From NCBI GenBank assembly GCA_023261815.1, contig JALNKA010000002.1, positions 140,438 to 204,437 on the forward strand: a stretch of DNA of 64,000 bases, written 5' to 3'. The translations under genes were made by a program, and so were the position numbers. The first letter of the stretch is position 1, and each line of letters starts with the position of its first letter. Positions 27,076 to 37,418 of this stretch are shown in pieces. The notes below the pieces were generated by a model, which did not search any database, was not told the DNA's origin, and was given only the letters and a program-made list of their open reading frames with translations. Origin of the DNA: Candidatus Wolframiiraptor sinensis. Its GTDB lineage: Archaea; Thermoproteota; Nitrososphaeria_A; Caldarchaeales; Wolframiiraptoraceae.

Positions 27076-29415
27076 GTGAAGCTGATGCTCATGTCGAGCG
27101 AACTGGAGAAGCAGTGGGATGCTAAGCTCGAGGAGGAGCTTTTAGAGCTGTGGAGAAATGAGAAGATTTACAGGCTCAATCCCAGGAGTAGAAGGCCGAT
27201 CTTCGTAATAGATACTCCTCCGCCCTATCCCTCCGGGAGGCCGTGGCATATTGGAGCGGCTGCACATTATTCCCAGATAGATATGATCGCGAGGACCGCG
27301 AGGATGATGGGATACGAGGTCTATTTTCCGATAGGGATAGATAGGAATGGCCTGCCCGTGGAGATTTACACCGAGAGGGTTAGAGGTATCTCGATAAGGG
27401 ATGTGCCGAGGGAGAAGTTCCTCGAGCTATGCCGCGAGACGCTGGATCAGCTTGAAGCGGAGATGATCGAGCTGATGAAGCGGATGGGATTAAGCGGGGA
27501 CTTCGACAACTACTATAGGACCGACTCCGAGGAGTATAGGGCCCTCACGCAGGCCACATTCATCGAGCTCTGGAATCGCGGCTTAATCTACTCGACCACT
27601 AGGCCCAATAACTACTGCTGGGAGTGCAGGACCACGATAGCCGACGCGGAGATAGAGTATGAGGAGAGACCGGCGGAACTCGTCTACATCAAGTTTAGGG
27701 TCGAGGAGGATGGAAGCGACTTGATAATCGCCACCACGAGGCCGGAGCTCCTGGTCTCATGCCAAGCCGTGATAGTGAACCCGGATGATGAGCGGTACAA
27801 ACACCTCCACTGGAAGCATGCCATAGTCCCGATATATGGAAGAAGGGTCGAGATAATCCCGCATCCCGCGGCTAGGCCGGAGTTCGGGACAGGTGCTGTC
27901 ATGATCTGCAGCTACGGCGACTACACTGATGTGCTCTTATTCAGGGAGCTCGGGCTCAAGGAGATAGTAGCGATAAATCAGGATGGCAGGATGACGGAGG
28001 CGGCTGGCAAGTATGCTGGAATGAGGATAGAGGAGGCTAGGGAAGCAATAATCAGGGATCTGGAGGAGATGGGGCTTGTAGTGAAGAGGGAGAGGATAAT
28101 GCATCGGACCCCAGTTTGCGAGAGAAGCAAGACGCCGATCGAGATAATACCCATGGAGGATTACTACTTGAAGCAGCTCGAGTTCGCCGAGGCGTTAAAG
28201 GAGAAGTCGGCGGCGATGAAGTTTCACCCGGAGCGCCATAGAAGGCTCCTCATAGACTGGATAGACTCTCTTAGGATAGATTGGCCGATAAGCAGGCGAA
28301 GATACTATGGGACGGAGATACCGGTCTGGTATTGCGAGAGGTGCGGCGAGCCGAATCTGCCGCCGCCGGGCAGGTATTATCGCCCATGGGCAGAGGACCC
28401 GCCATTCAAGAGATGCAGGAAGTGCGGGCATGATAAGTTCATCGGCGAGGCCAGAACATTCGATACCTGGATGGACTCGAGCATCTCCCCGCTCTTCATA
28501 ACGGGATATGGGCGCGATAGCAAGTTCTTCAGAAGAGCTTATCCGGTCGCCCTCAGGCCTCAGGGCAAGGACATCGTCAGAACGTGGCTTTACTACACGA
28601 TCCTCAGATGCTATCAGCTAACGGGGAGGATGCCGTTCAAGCACGTCTGGATAAGCGGGACAGGGCTTGATGAAAGGGGGGAGAAGATGAGCAAGAGCAA
28701 GGGCAATGTGATAGATCCGGCGCCGATTATCGAGAAATATGGCGCTGACAGGTTCAGGTTCTGGTGCGCTCAGGAGTCGAGCCTCGGAGAGGACTTCAGG
28801 ATCTCGGAGGAGAGGATAGCTAATGCCGGCAAATTCATCACGAAGCTACTCAACATCGCGAGATATGTCTCGCTATTCCCGAGGCCCAGAAGAGCCGCGC
28901 TCACGCCGACTGATAGGTGGATTCTAGCGGAGCTTGCGGTGACGGCTCGAAGGTGCTATGAAGGCTACCGGGACTTCAACTTCTTCATACCAGCGACGGC
29001 GATAAGAAACTTCGCGTGGAATATATTCGCGGACCATTATATCGAGATGTCGAAGCAGAGGGCTTATGGGAGGGGGTTCTCCGAGAAGGAGCAGAGGGCC
29101 GCCTGGTACACGCTCCACGAGGTCCTCAGGACAATACTCCTGCTGCTTGCACCAATCACCCCCTTCATCACCGACTACATCTGGAGGAAGCTGTATTCTA
29201 GGAGAAGCATTCACCTCGAGAGATTCCCAAGGGTGAGGTGGAGCAGAGCATATGCCAAGTACACGGGCGCGATAATAGAGTTCAACTCAGCGGTCTGGAG
29301 GATGAAAAAGGAGAAGGGGTTATCGCTGAAGAGCCCTATCGAGATCGAGATTCCGAAGGAGCTCAGGCCATTCGAGAGGGACTTGATAGCGATGCATAAC
29401 ATCGTGAGGCGCTAG
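27076..29415 (+). CDS. valS: class I aminoacyl-tRNA synthetase, ValRS-like (valyl-tRNA synthetase candidate)
   Basis: IDTPPPYPSGRPWHIGAAAHY occupies the HIGH region and reads HIGA. KMSKSKGN follows downstream. GIDRNGLPVE matches the ValRS GWDxxGLPxE block, and the CP1 insertion is long. 779 aa, consistent with short crenarchaeal ValRS. Confidence 0.6.
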   Translation: MKLMLMSSELEKQWDAKLEEELLELWRNEKIYRLNPRSRRPIFVIDTPPPYPSGRPWHIGAAAHYSQIDMIARTARMMGYEVYFPIGIDRNGLPVEIYTERVRGISIRDVPREKFLELCRETLDQLEAEMIELMKRMGLSGDFDNYYRTDSEEYRALTQATFIELWNRGLIYSTTRPNNYCWECRTTIADAEIEYEERPAELVYIKFRVEEDGSDLIIATTRPELLVSCQAVIVNPDDERYKHLHWKHAIVPIYGRRVEIIPHPAARPEFGTGAVMICSYGDYTDVLLFRELGLKEIVAINQDGRMTEAAGKYAGMRIEEAREAIIRDLEEMGLVVKRERIMHRTPVCERSKTPIEIIPMEDYYLKQLEFAEALKEKSAAMKFHPERHRRLLIDWIDSLRIDWPISRRRYYGTEIPVWYCERCGEPNLPPPGRYYRPWAEDPPFKRCRKCGHDKFIGEARTFDTWMDSSISPLFITGYGRDSKFFRRAYPVALRPQGKDIVRTWLYYTILRCYQLTGRMPFKHVWISGTGLDERGEKMSKSKGNVIDPAPIIEKYGADRFRFWCAQESSLGEDFRISEERIANAGKFITKLLNIARYVSLFPRPRRAALTPTDRWILAELAVTARRCYEGYRDFNFFIPATAIRNFAWNIFADHYIEMSKQRAYGRGFSEKEQRAAWYTLHEVLRTILLLLAPITPFITDYIWRKLYSRRSIHLERFPRVRWSRAYAKYTGAIIEFNSAVWRMKKEKGLSLKSPIEIEIPKELRPFERDLIAMHNIVRR

Positions 29416-29417
29416 GA

Positions 29418-30151
29418 CTACTTCACCTCGATCCTTCTCAGCGCCTCTAGGACTATCTTCGCGGCCCTCATGACGCTGCCCTCCAGCTTATCAGCCGTCA
29501 GTATCGGCGTTTCACGGACAACATTATTGCTCAGGATCAGGGCGGCCCCGGACTTTATCCCCCGAATTCTCGAGATCCCGAATAGCGCTGCGCACTCCAT
29601 CTCTATCGCTATGACGCCCCTCCTAGCCCACTCCTCAGCAAACTCATGGCTCTCAGCATAGAAGGCGTCATTCGAGACCACTGCGCCGATCCTGAAGCTC
29701 ACGCCGCTCCTCCTGGCCTCCTGAACAAGCGCCTCCAAGACCTCGTAGTTCGGTGCCAGTGGAAGGTGGACTCCCGGAGCATATGTGGCTAAGACGCCAT
29801 ATGATGATGAGGTGGCAACAGCATCGGGTATAACCAGCTCTCCCGGCTCCATTTCTGGTAGGAGACCTCCAGCGGTCCCGAGTCTCACGATGACCTTCGC
29901 GCCGAGCATTATCAGCTCCTCGAATGCTATTGCGGATGATGGGCCGCCGATGCCGTGGCAGGCTACCGATACTCTAACCCCCTCATATTCCCCCGTGTAG
30001 ACCGGGAATCCGCGGTGGAGGTTCACGGGCCTCGTATTCTCTAGGAGCCTTGAGATTTGATCAACTCTCGCCGGATCGCCAACCGCTATCACCCTCTCAG
30101 CGACCTCGCCCGGCTTGGCAAGGATGTGGTATGGGCCTCCCAAGACCATGA
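29418..30151 (-). CDS. nucleoside phosphorylase (PNP/UDP family, DeoD-like)
   Basis: PF01048-like: VIAVGDPARV, HGIGGPSSAIAFEELI, RLGTAGGL, and EMECAALF (the catalytic Glu-Met region). The start was re-set to Met54 to avoid antisense overlap with ogt. Confidence 0.7.
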
Positions 30152-30194
30152 GAAACCCTGAAGGCCCACCAGATATTAAGATTGCATCGCCGGA

Positions 30195-30698
30195 ATGGTT
30201 GTGCCAGAAGCATACTACGGGTATCTGGAGGCGGGCTTCTTCACGATAGGCTTCATGAGGATAGGGGATGAGCTCGTCAGAGTTGGATTCTATGAAAGCC
30301 TGAGGCACCTCGAGGAGGAGGTCAGCTCATATAGCCCTCGCCCCAAGCTGGATCTCGAGAAGTTCCAAGACCTGATCCAAGACCTGAAGAAGTATCTCTC
30401 GGGCAGGCGTGTAAGCTTCAATTACCCTTTCCGGCTCGAGCGTCCCGAGTTTGAGAGGAAGGTCCTGCTTAAAGTTAGGGAGATACCATATGGCGAGACT
30501 AGGAGCTATAGTTGGGTTGCCGCTGAGATTGGCAGGCCGAGAGCCTGGAGAGCCGTCGCTAATGCTCTTGCGAGAAACCCGATCGCGATAATAATACCAT
30601 GCCACAGGATCGTGAGAAAGGATGGAAGAGTGGCTGGAAGCGGCTTCAGCAGGAAGATTAGGGAGCATCTGCTGAGGCTGGAGGGCGCGCTCCCATAA
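30195..30698 (+). CDS. ogt: O6-methylguanine-DNA methyltransferase
   Basis: Active-site motif IPCHRIV and the helix-turn-helix region YSWVAAEIGRPRAWRAVANAL. Confidence 0.85.
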   Translation: MVVPEAYYGYLEAGFFTIGFMRIGDELVRVGFYESLRHLEEEVSSYSPRPKLDLEKFQDLIQDLKKYLSGRRVSFNYPFRLERPEFERKVLLKVREIPYGETRSYSWVAAEIGRPRAWRAVANALARNPIAIIIPCHRIVRKDGRVAGSGFSRKIREHLLRLEGALP

Positions 30699-30704
30699 TG
30701 GGGC

Positions 30705-31349
30705 TCATTTCACGATCCTTCCAGCATCCATGTACCATAGGTAGAGGTCGAGCTCGGCCAAGCTTATTCCCAGCTTCCTCGCAAGCTCCCTCAAGATCCC
30801 CTCTATCTCGAGGTAGCGCCTTCTCGTAAGAGACTTAAATTCGCCGATCACGCCATATCTCCTCAGCACCCTGAGCACGTGGAAATCTATTATCGCGATG
30901 TTCTCGTAGCCTATGTTTCGGAGAAGATGGCTAGCCTCCTTCATCCCGAGGCCTCGAACATTCTCCACGAGCCAGTCCCTGATCTCGTGCTCACCCCTCC
31001 CGGATCTTAACACCTCAACAATCTCCGGAAGCCTCTCCCTCGCCTCCACCAGATACCTGGCCCGCGCTTCCGGATACCTGTGGCCCAGCCTCCTAAGCTC
31101 ATGGGCAAGCCCATCGGCGCCGAGCCTCAGCAGCTTATCACCGAGCTCCTCGACTATCCTGAGGCTCCCGGATGCCGTGAAGTTCGCCGCAAGTATGCAG
31201 AATGCCACCTCCTTGAAAATCTCCTCGGCGGGCTTCGAAAGCACCTCCTTGAAGGACCTGATCCTAGCCTCGACCAGGCGCCTCACATCCTCCCTCGCCA
31301 TCAGCTTTTTCAGGTCTTCTGCCAGCTCCTCGAGCGCCAAGAGCTTCAC
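30705..31349 (-). CDS. ogg: archaeal Ogg2-type N-glycosylase/DNA lyase (8-oxoguanine)
   Basis: HhH-GPD element LGMKEASHLLRNIGYENIAIIDFH with catalytic Lys and Asp. 214 aa. Confidence 0.7.
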   Translation of the reverse strand: MKLLALEELAEDLKKLMAREDVRRLVEARIRSFKEVLSKPAEEIFKEVAFCILAANFTASGSLRIVEELGDKLLRLGADGLAHELRRLGHRYPEARARYLVEARERLPEIVEVLRSGRGEHEIRDWLVENVRGLGMKEASHLLRNIGYENIAIIDFHVLRVLRRYGVIGEFKSLTRRRYLEIEGILRELARKLGISLAELDLYLWYMDAGRIVK

Positions 31350-31356
31350 CGGAAAG

Positions 31357-31623
31357 CTACCGCGAGTACGGCGTCACCACGCCCTGGATCCTCAGAACAT
31401 GCCTCGTCTGCTTCGCGTGCTCCTCCGCCTCCTCGAGCTTCATCGTCTTGAATCCGCATCCGCAGCTGATTATGATCGAGACCGGCATACCTCCACCACA
31501 AGCCACCTTAGAGAAACCATTTAATAAACCGCTTCCCGGAATCAGTATGGGATGATGAGCAACGTCCAAGTTGACCTGTGATACGCGACGGGCAGGCTGA
31601 CCACAACATCCTCTTCTCGACAA
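31357..31623 (-). CDS. small Cys-containing hypothetical protein upstream of ogg
   Basis: 88-aa ORF. An internal Met at 31490 would give a 44-aa protein (MPVSIIISCGCGFKT...). It has a CC...C...CGC pattern. Coding status is uncertain. Confidence 0.25.
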   Translation of the reverse strand: MSRRGCCGQPARRVSQVNLDVAHHPILIPGSGLLNGFSKVACGGGMPVSIIISCGCGFKTMKLEEAEEHAKQTRHVLRIQGVVTPYSR

Positions 31624-31671
31624 TCTTCACAAGATTTATCTCCTGGTTCTCGCGATATCATCTACAAGCCT

Positions 31672-32964
31672 ATGGAGAAGTATGAACTCGCCGTGATCAA
31701 CGGCATAGTCTTGACCATGGATGGTGATATGCGCGTCCTAAGCCCCGGCTCGATAGGGATGGAGGGCGGCGAGATAAGATACGTAGGCAAGGATGAGGTT
31801 CGCGGCGAGGAGGAGATAGATGCTCGCGGGTGCATCGTTACGCCGGGGTTCGTGAACTGCCACACGCATTCGCCCATGACCCTCTTCAGGAACGCCTTCG
31901 AGGATCAGCCGCTCGAAAAGTGGCTCAAGGAATATGTCTGGCCGGTTGAGGCGAGGCTTAAGCCTGAGCACGTCAAGATCGGGGCAAAGATCGCCGCGGC
32001 CGAGATGGCGCTTAACGGAGTAACGTGCTTCAATGACATGTACTTTTACATGGATCAGGTCGCGGAGGCCGCGGTCGAGGTCGGGATAAGGGGGGTTCTC
32101 TCGGAAGGCATGGTGGAGCTCTTCAGTGATAAAGCCTCGGAGGAGATCCTGAGAAGGGGCACGGAGTTCGCGAGAAGATATCATGGGTGGAGGGGGATGA
32201 TCTGGGCGGCGCTCGGGCCCCATGCCGAGTACTCCTGCAGCCTAGAGTTCCTGCGCAGGGTGAGGGAGGAGGCCGATAAGCTGGGGGTGGGAATCCACAT
32301 CCACCTGGCCGAGGTGAAGCCGCCCGTGGACGAGTTCGTGAAGGAGCATGGCAAGACGCCCATAAAGGCCCTAGACGAGATAGGGTTCCTGAAAAGAGAC
32401 GTCTTGATAGCTCACGCGATACATCTCGATGACGAGGATCTGAGGATAATTAGAGAGCGGGATGCCGCGATCGCGTATAATCCTGTCTCGAACATGAAGC
32501 TCGCATCCGGCGCCGCCAGGATAGAGGAGATGACGAGGATGGGAATAAGGGTCGGCCTGGGAACGGATGGCCCCGGAAGCAATAACACCCTCGACATGAT
32601 ACAGGATATGAAGATAGCCTCGCTTCTACAGAAGCTCAAGTACATGGATCCGAGCAGCCTCCCGGCCAAGAGCGCTGTCAGGATTGCGACTAGGGGCGGC
32701 GCCGAGGCCCTGAACCTAGATCACCTCATCGGTAGCATAGAGATTGGGAAGAGGGCTGACATAGTCGTGATAAATACTCGCAAGGTGAGATATCAGCCGA
32801 TAAGAGATCCTTATACGGCCCTAGCCTACTGCGGCTCCGGATCAGATGTTAAAGACGTGATCGTGGACGGCAGGATAATAGTCAGAGATGGAGCTCTCCA
32901 GACAATTGACTTGGAGAAGGCTTTGGAGGAGTTCGAGAAGGCGATCTCGGAGCTATTCGGGTAA
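31672..32964 (+). CDS. mtaD: amidohydrolase: 5-prime-methylthioadenosine/S-adenosylhomocysteine (5-prime-deoxyadenosine) deaminase
   Basis: Metal-binding GFVNCHTHSPMT, then later HLAE and DGPGSNN motifs. 430 aa, MtaD/DadD family. Confidence 0.8.
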   Translation: MEKYELAVINGIVLTMDGDMRVLSPGSIGMEGGEIRYVGKDEVRGEEEIDARGCIVTPGFVNCHTHSPMTLFRNAFEDQPLEKWLKEYVWPVEARLKPEHVKIGAKIAAAEMALNGVTCFNDMYFYMDQVAEAAVEVGIRGVLSEGMVELFSDKASEEILRRGTEFARRYHGWRGMIWAALGPHAEYSCSLEFLRRVREEADKLGVGIHIHLAEVKPPVDEFVKEHGKTPIKALDEIGFLKRDVLIAHAIHLDDEDLRIIRERDAAIAYNPVSNMKLASGAARIEEMTRMGIRVGLGTDGPGSNNTLDMIQDMKIASLLQKLKYMDPSSLPAKSAVRIATRGGAEALNLDHLIGSIEIGKRADIVVINTRKVRYQPIRDPYTALAYCGSGSDVKDVIVDGRIIVRDGALQTIDLEKALEEFEKAISELFG

Positions 32965-34922
32965 GGATCGAGACTCCGGATCTGGGTTCTGGAGAACGCT
33001 GCTCGCGGGAACCTCGATCCTGGCCCTCGGCTGTATTCCCAGCCTCTTCTCGGCGGCTTTCAGGATCGCGCGAAGCATATCAGCGTAATCCATTCCAGCG
33101 TGCTTCGCCATTTTCGCGAGGTGGCCGTCCCAGCACCAGCCGGGATTCGGATTCACCTCGAGAAGCCTTGGGCATCCCTCGGAATCAAGCCTCCAGTCGA
33201 ATCTCGCATAATCCCTGCACTCGAGCCTCACGAAGAGCTGGAGGCTCTTCTCGATTATGAACTCCCTGATCTCCTCGGGGAGATCCGCTGGAACGGATCT
33301 TATGTTCCAGTATGGCGAGTCCGGAAGCCATTTGGCCTCATAGCCGCATATCGGCGGCAACCCTTCGGGCAGGACGGAGTAATCTTCCTCCGTTATCGGC
33401 AGCACTATGTAATCCTCCGGCGGATTACCTATTATGCCCACGGTCAAGTCCTTGCCCGTCAGAAACTCCTCCACCAGTATCGGCTTATCATATCCAAATT
33501 TCTCCCTCAGCTCTGATACTGCTTCTATGAGCTGCTCCTCATTATAGACGACGCTCCTCTGGGTTACGCCAAAGCTGCTGTCACCATAGTTCGGCTTAAC
33601 TATCGCGGGGAAGCCGAATGGTATGTTGAAGGACTTATCCTCGGGCATAATGAATACGGCTCGGGGGACGGGTATCCCCATCTCCCTCGCTACGCCCCTG
33701 ACAAGCGACTTATCATAGCAGTAGGCCAAGCACTGGGGGCCGGCGCCCGTGTATGGTATTTTCAGCATCTCGAGAAGCGCGGGTATGTGGAGCTCCTTTC
33801 TAGGATCATTCTCAAACCCCTCATCGCAGAGATTGAAGACGAAGTCTATTCTCGGCTTGAACTTGATTAGGTCTTGAATGAGGGTATCGTGATTGAATAG
33901 GTAGATGAATTCGTATTCCTCGAGCTTGCTGAGAGCCTTCATGAGCTCGTTGATCGTGTAGATATCATCGTCGTCGAAGGCTCCACCGGGCTTCACGGGA
34001 TCCCTCTTTGAGGGGTCTCCCAGCAGAACGGCGATCACGAGCTTGGAGCCATCAACCTTTTTACGGGATGAGATCCAAGGCTTCTTAGCCACCGCGGTCA
34101 CCACGATCCTCCTCTCCATCATCCCAAGATCCTGAGACTTCTTGGACTCCGGGGACAGGCTTCCATGGAAGGTTATACCGCTGAATCCAGCGCTCCTCAG
34201 CAGAACCTCGAGAAGCTCTCTATTATACAGTCTAACCGCGTAGAATCTCTCCGTGACGACGCCCCTATTAACATCGGTTATTATCTCGCGGGTTATCAGC
34301 CTCTGCTTATCGGAGGATAATGACCTCTCCCTGCACACGAAGAGCTTTTTATCGATCCATTCCCAAGACCTCTTCTGGTAGGTTTGCCTCAGATACTCGC
34401 CGTCCGAGACATCTATGAGTATCTTGCCCCATGGCTTTAAGACCCGCATAACCTCCTTCAAAACCCTCAAATCCTCGCTCGGCGTATCGAAGTATCCGAA
34501 GCTATTGCCCATCAATATCACGGTGTCGAAGGAGTCCGGCGGGTAGGGGAGCTTCCTCGCGTCGCCGACCCTGAACTTGACCCGCAGCCCCTCCTTCCTC
34601 GCCTGAGCCTTAGCTCTCCTGATGAGGTAATGCGAGATATCGAGCCCCTCGACGTTCAGGAACCCCCTCCTGGCGAGCTCCAGCGAATGCCTCCCGTGCC
34701 CGCAGCATAAATCCAGTATCCTATCCTCGGGCTTCAAGCCCAGCAGCTCGATTATCATATCAACCTCCTTTCTCGTTATATCCGGGTCGTCCACCACGTC
34801 CCCATCCGTCTTGAGGTAGAATGAGTCGAAGATATGCTTCCACCAGTCCTTTGGAACATGGCTCTCCAGCTCGTTCAAAGGGCCCAGCGATGTAGGCCGC
34901 ACCTTTCCACACTTCCTCATAT
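32953..34922 (-). CDS. fusion protein: class I SAM-dependent methyltransferase (N-terminal) + D-Ala-D-Ala-ligase-like ATP-grasp (C-terminal)
   Basis: MT motif I ILDLCCGHGRHSLELARRG with post-I D and motif II/III (DTVILMGNSFGYF, LKPWGKILI). Ddl-like blocks (VIAVLLGD, IPYTGAGPQ, FPAIVKPNYGDSSFGV, ILVEEFLTGKDLTVGIIGN, RFDWRLDSEGCPRLLEVNPNPG). The start was re-set to MRKCGKV; the first 38 codons of the ORF-track model are low-complexity shadow. Confidence 0.7.
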
Positions 34923-35272
34923 TATCGTTATCTCTGTTGTTATTCGCGGTGGAGTCGTTCGAGTTCCGGGGAGGGGGCACCACCCTCTTTCGCCAATTAT
35001 TGGCGATACACGAGCTGGATATAAATCTGAGCAATGGAGGTGGGTCGCCGTATCTAAGGAGGAGCCCTCTCGCGGGCCATGATTACTCTGACATGAGAGC
35101 ATCAACTACTGGGCAGCTGGCATGCAAGGAGGTATTAGAAGAGCGCTTAATTGAGTAAGAAGAGGACATGGAGGCTCATAGCGCACTGAGGTCGGATCTG
35201 GGAGTTGCCGGCCGGTCTTGGCCATGCTTGGGCGCTTCGAGGTCTCATGGAGTTTCCTAGGAGGAGCCGGCT

Positions 35273-36352
35273 TCAAGAATTCGCATGAGGCTTCTCGGAG
35301 ATCGTCCTGGCCGCGATCTCCCGGATCTTCTTCTCGCTCAGGGTTCTAGTCGGCTTCTCGGGGATCAGGCCCTCCGGCCGGTACATCAGGACTATTATCA
35401 GGGCTATGCCCATGAAGAGGTACTCCAGCCAGACGACGTCGAAGGGTATTATCGCCTCGAAGAAGTACTTGTAGAATACTATCAGCTCCCTGAGGGTCAC
35501 GAAGATTATCGCCCCGACCACGGCTCCGAGATTGTTTCCGGCGCCGCCGATTATGACCATGACCCAGGGCATGAAGGTATGCCTGACCCTCTCGAAGTCC
35601 TTCGGCGACACGCTGACGGTCCAGAGGGAGTTTAGCGCGCCGCTTATGGCCGCTATCGCGAACCCCACGATCAGGGTCTTCGTCCTCAGCTTGACGACAT
35701 CCTTCCCGTAAACGCTTGCCGAGAGCTCATTCTCCCTCATGGCCTTCAAGACCCTGCCGAGCGGGGATCTGCCCAGATATTCAAGGTATAGGAAGATTAT
35801 CACTGCTGTGATCAGCACGGTCAGCAGGATTGCCAGCGGCCTATACTCGCTTCCAATCCACCTAAATGGATCCGGTATTCGGACGCCCATCGAGCCTCCG
35901 ATGAGGGGCTGCCAGTTATCTCCTATAACCCAGAAGATCTCGCCCATCGCCAGCAGGGTTATCGCGAGATAATCCCCGCGAAGCCTTATCGCCGGGTAGG
36001 AGGCCACATAGCCCAGTAAGCCGCCGAAGAAGGCCGCCCCCACTATGGATAGTATCAGGAAGCCTATGGACTGGAGTGGGGAGGATGAGATGGCGCTATT
36101 CAAGAGGCCGACAACCTCCAAGTTCCTCTCTATGTAGCCGAGGCCCGCGGGCTGCCCATAGGCGAGGGCAAGAATCCTCCCTGAGACCGCCCCTACGAAA
36201 TAGGCGCCGCCGGCCACCGCGAGGAGCTTGCCGAAATTCGGTATCCCAGCATAGCCGTACTCGAGATTCAGGCTTAGGGAGATTATGATGAATAACCCAA
36301 TCAGGGTTATCAGGTTTGTTAGGAAGATCGAGATCGCGGATAACTCCATCAC
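35273..36352 (-). CDS. livM: branched-chain amino acid ABC transporter permease (LivM-like)
   Basis: 359 aa, multi-TM. Adjacent to a LivH-like permease, overlapping by 4 bp. Confidence 0.8.
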   Translation of the reverse strand: MMELSAISIFLTNLITLIGLFIIISLSLNLEYGYAGIPNFGKLLAVAGGAYFVGAVSGRILALAYGQPAGLGYIERNLEVVGLLNSAISSSPLQSIGFLILSIVGAAFFGGLLGYVASYPAIRLRGDYLAITLLAMGEIFWVIGDNWQPLIGGSMGVRIPDPFRWIGSEYRPLAILLTVLITAVIIFLYLEYLGRSPLGRVLKAMRENELSASVYGKDVVKLRTKTLIVGFAIAAISGALNSLWTVSVSPKDFERVRHTFMPWVMVIIGGAGNNLGAVVGAIIFVTLRELIVFYKYFFEAIIPFDVVWLEYLFMGIALIIVLMYRPEGLIPEKPTRTLSEKKIREIAARTISEKPHANS

Positions 36353-37275
36353 GTCCCCCTCCCCCTGAATATCCTAGCCCAGCTGATGCCGGTTAATCCC
36401 TGAGGCGCGAAGAGAAGAGTTAGCGCCATGAGTATTAGTGGTATTATGGGCCGATAGGGAACGACCCAGGAGCCGAAGTTTATCGCGAGAAAGCCCGTCC
36501 CGAGAACCTCCGCCAAGCCTATCAGGAAGCCGCCCAGAAATGCGCCGTAAATGTTGGTGAATCCCCCGACTATGCTGGCCGCGAAGATACTTATCAGGAG
36601 CCTCGTGCCCGTATCCGTGTTACAGGTCATCTGCAGCGGGGCCAGGGCGCCTCCAACCCCGGCCAGCCCACCGGATATGAACCATGAGACCGCGTACGTC
36701 AAGTTCACGTTTATCCCTATGGTCTCGGCCAGCGATGGGTTATCTATTGCCGCTCGCATCGCGATGCCGAACTTGGTCTTATTCATGAACAGGTAGAGGG
36801 ATATGACTAGAAAGGCCGCCAGCGTCGGGGCCACGATGAAGATCGATGGCTGGCCGAGTATCTCGATGCCGTGACCCCACTCCCTGAGCTGGAAGAGCCT
36901 AGAGGTTATCTTGTGGACCCGGCTGAGGTAATCGGCGATGATGTTGATTGTCGATATCAGCATCATGTCGTATGCTATCGTTGCTATCATGAGTATGATG
37001 TAGCTCGCTCCCCTATCGAGAAGAGGCTTCAGAACTAGGAGATAGAGTAGTAGGGAGATCGCGCCGCCCAGAAAGAACCCCGTCACAACTCCCACATATG
37101 GATTGATGCTGAGGAGCTTGGCTATTATGAGAGTGAAGTAGGCGTTTATGGTGGCGAAGTTTCCATGAGCGAAATTGGGAACCTTCGTGGTCATGTAGGT
37201 CAGGGTTAGGCCGGTGCTCAGCATAGTCAGTATCGAGGCGAATACGATCGCGTCCCTCAATAGCGGGATACTCAT
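36349..37275 (-). CDS. livH: branched-chain amino acid ABC transporter permease (LivH-like)
   Basis: 308 aa, multi-TM, typical LivH glycine-rich segments. Confidence 0.8.
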   Translation of the reverse strand: MSIPLLRDAIVFASILTMLSTGLTLTYMTTKVPNFAHGNFATINAYFTLIIAKLLSINPYVGVVTGFFLGGAISLLLYLLVLKPLLDRGASYIILMIATIAYDMMLISTINIIADYLSRVHKITSRLFQLREWGHGIEILGQPSIFIVAPTLAAFLVISLYLFMNKTKFGIAMRAAIDNPSLAETIGINVNLTYAVSWFISGGLAGVGGALAPLQMTCNTDTGTRLLISIFAASIVGGFTNIYGAFLGGFLIGLAEVLGTGFLAINFGSWVVPYRPIIPLILMALTLLFAPQGLTGISWARIFRGRGT

Positions 37276-37364
37276 GCCCTACCGCGCCCCTCTAAGCGGC
37301 TCTAAACAGGCTTTTAACGATGTCGCGATCTAACCCTCGAAGTCTCCTCAAAAGCATTGACACC

Positions 37365-37380
37365 TTAAAATCTTATAAAC
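37365..37380 (+). promoter_or_regulatory. putative TATA box/BRE for the SBP gene in the divergent liv promoter region
   Basis: CCTTAAAATCTTATAAAC lies about 45 bp upstream of ATG 37419. A GAGGTGAGGGG Shine-Dalgarno sequence sits 8 nt before the start. Confidence 0.4.
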
Positions 37381-37418
37381 ATCCATGAACCGAGTTAGCA
37401 AAAAGAGGTGAGGGGAAA

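Noticed and set aside
34920-35034. N-terminal 38 codons (NSNDSTANNNRDNDN) of the 693-aa ORF-track model of the MT-ATP-grasp gene
   Set aside because: The composition looks non-coding. The methyltransferase domain begins after the internal Met (MRKCGKV), so the start was moved.
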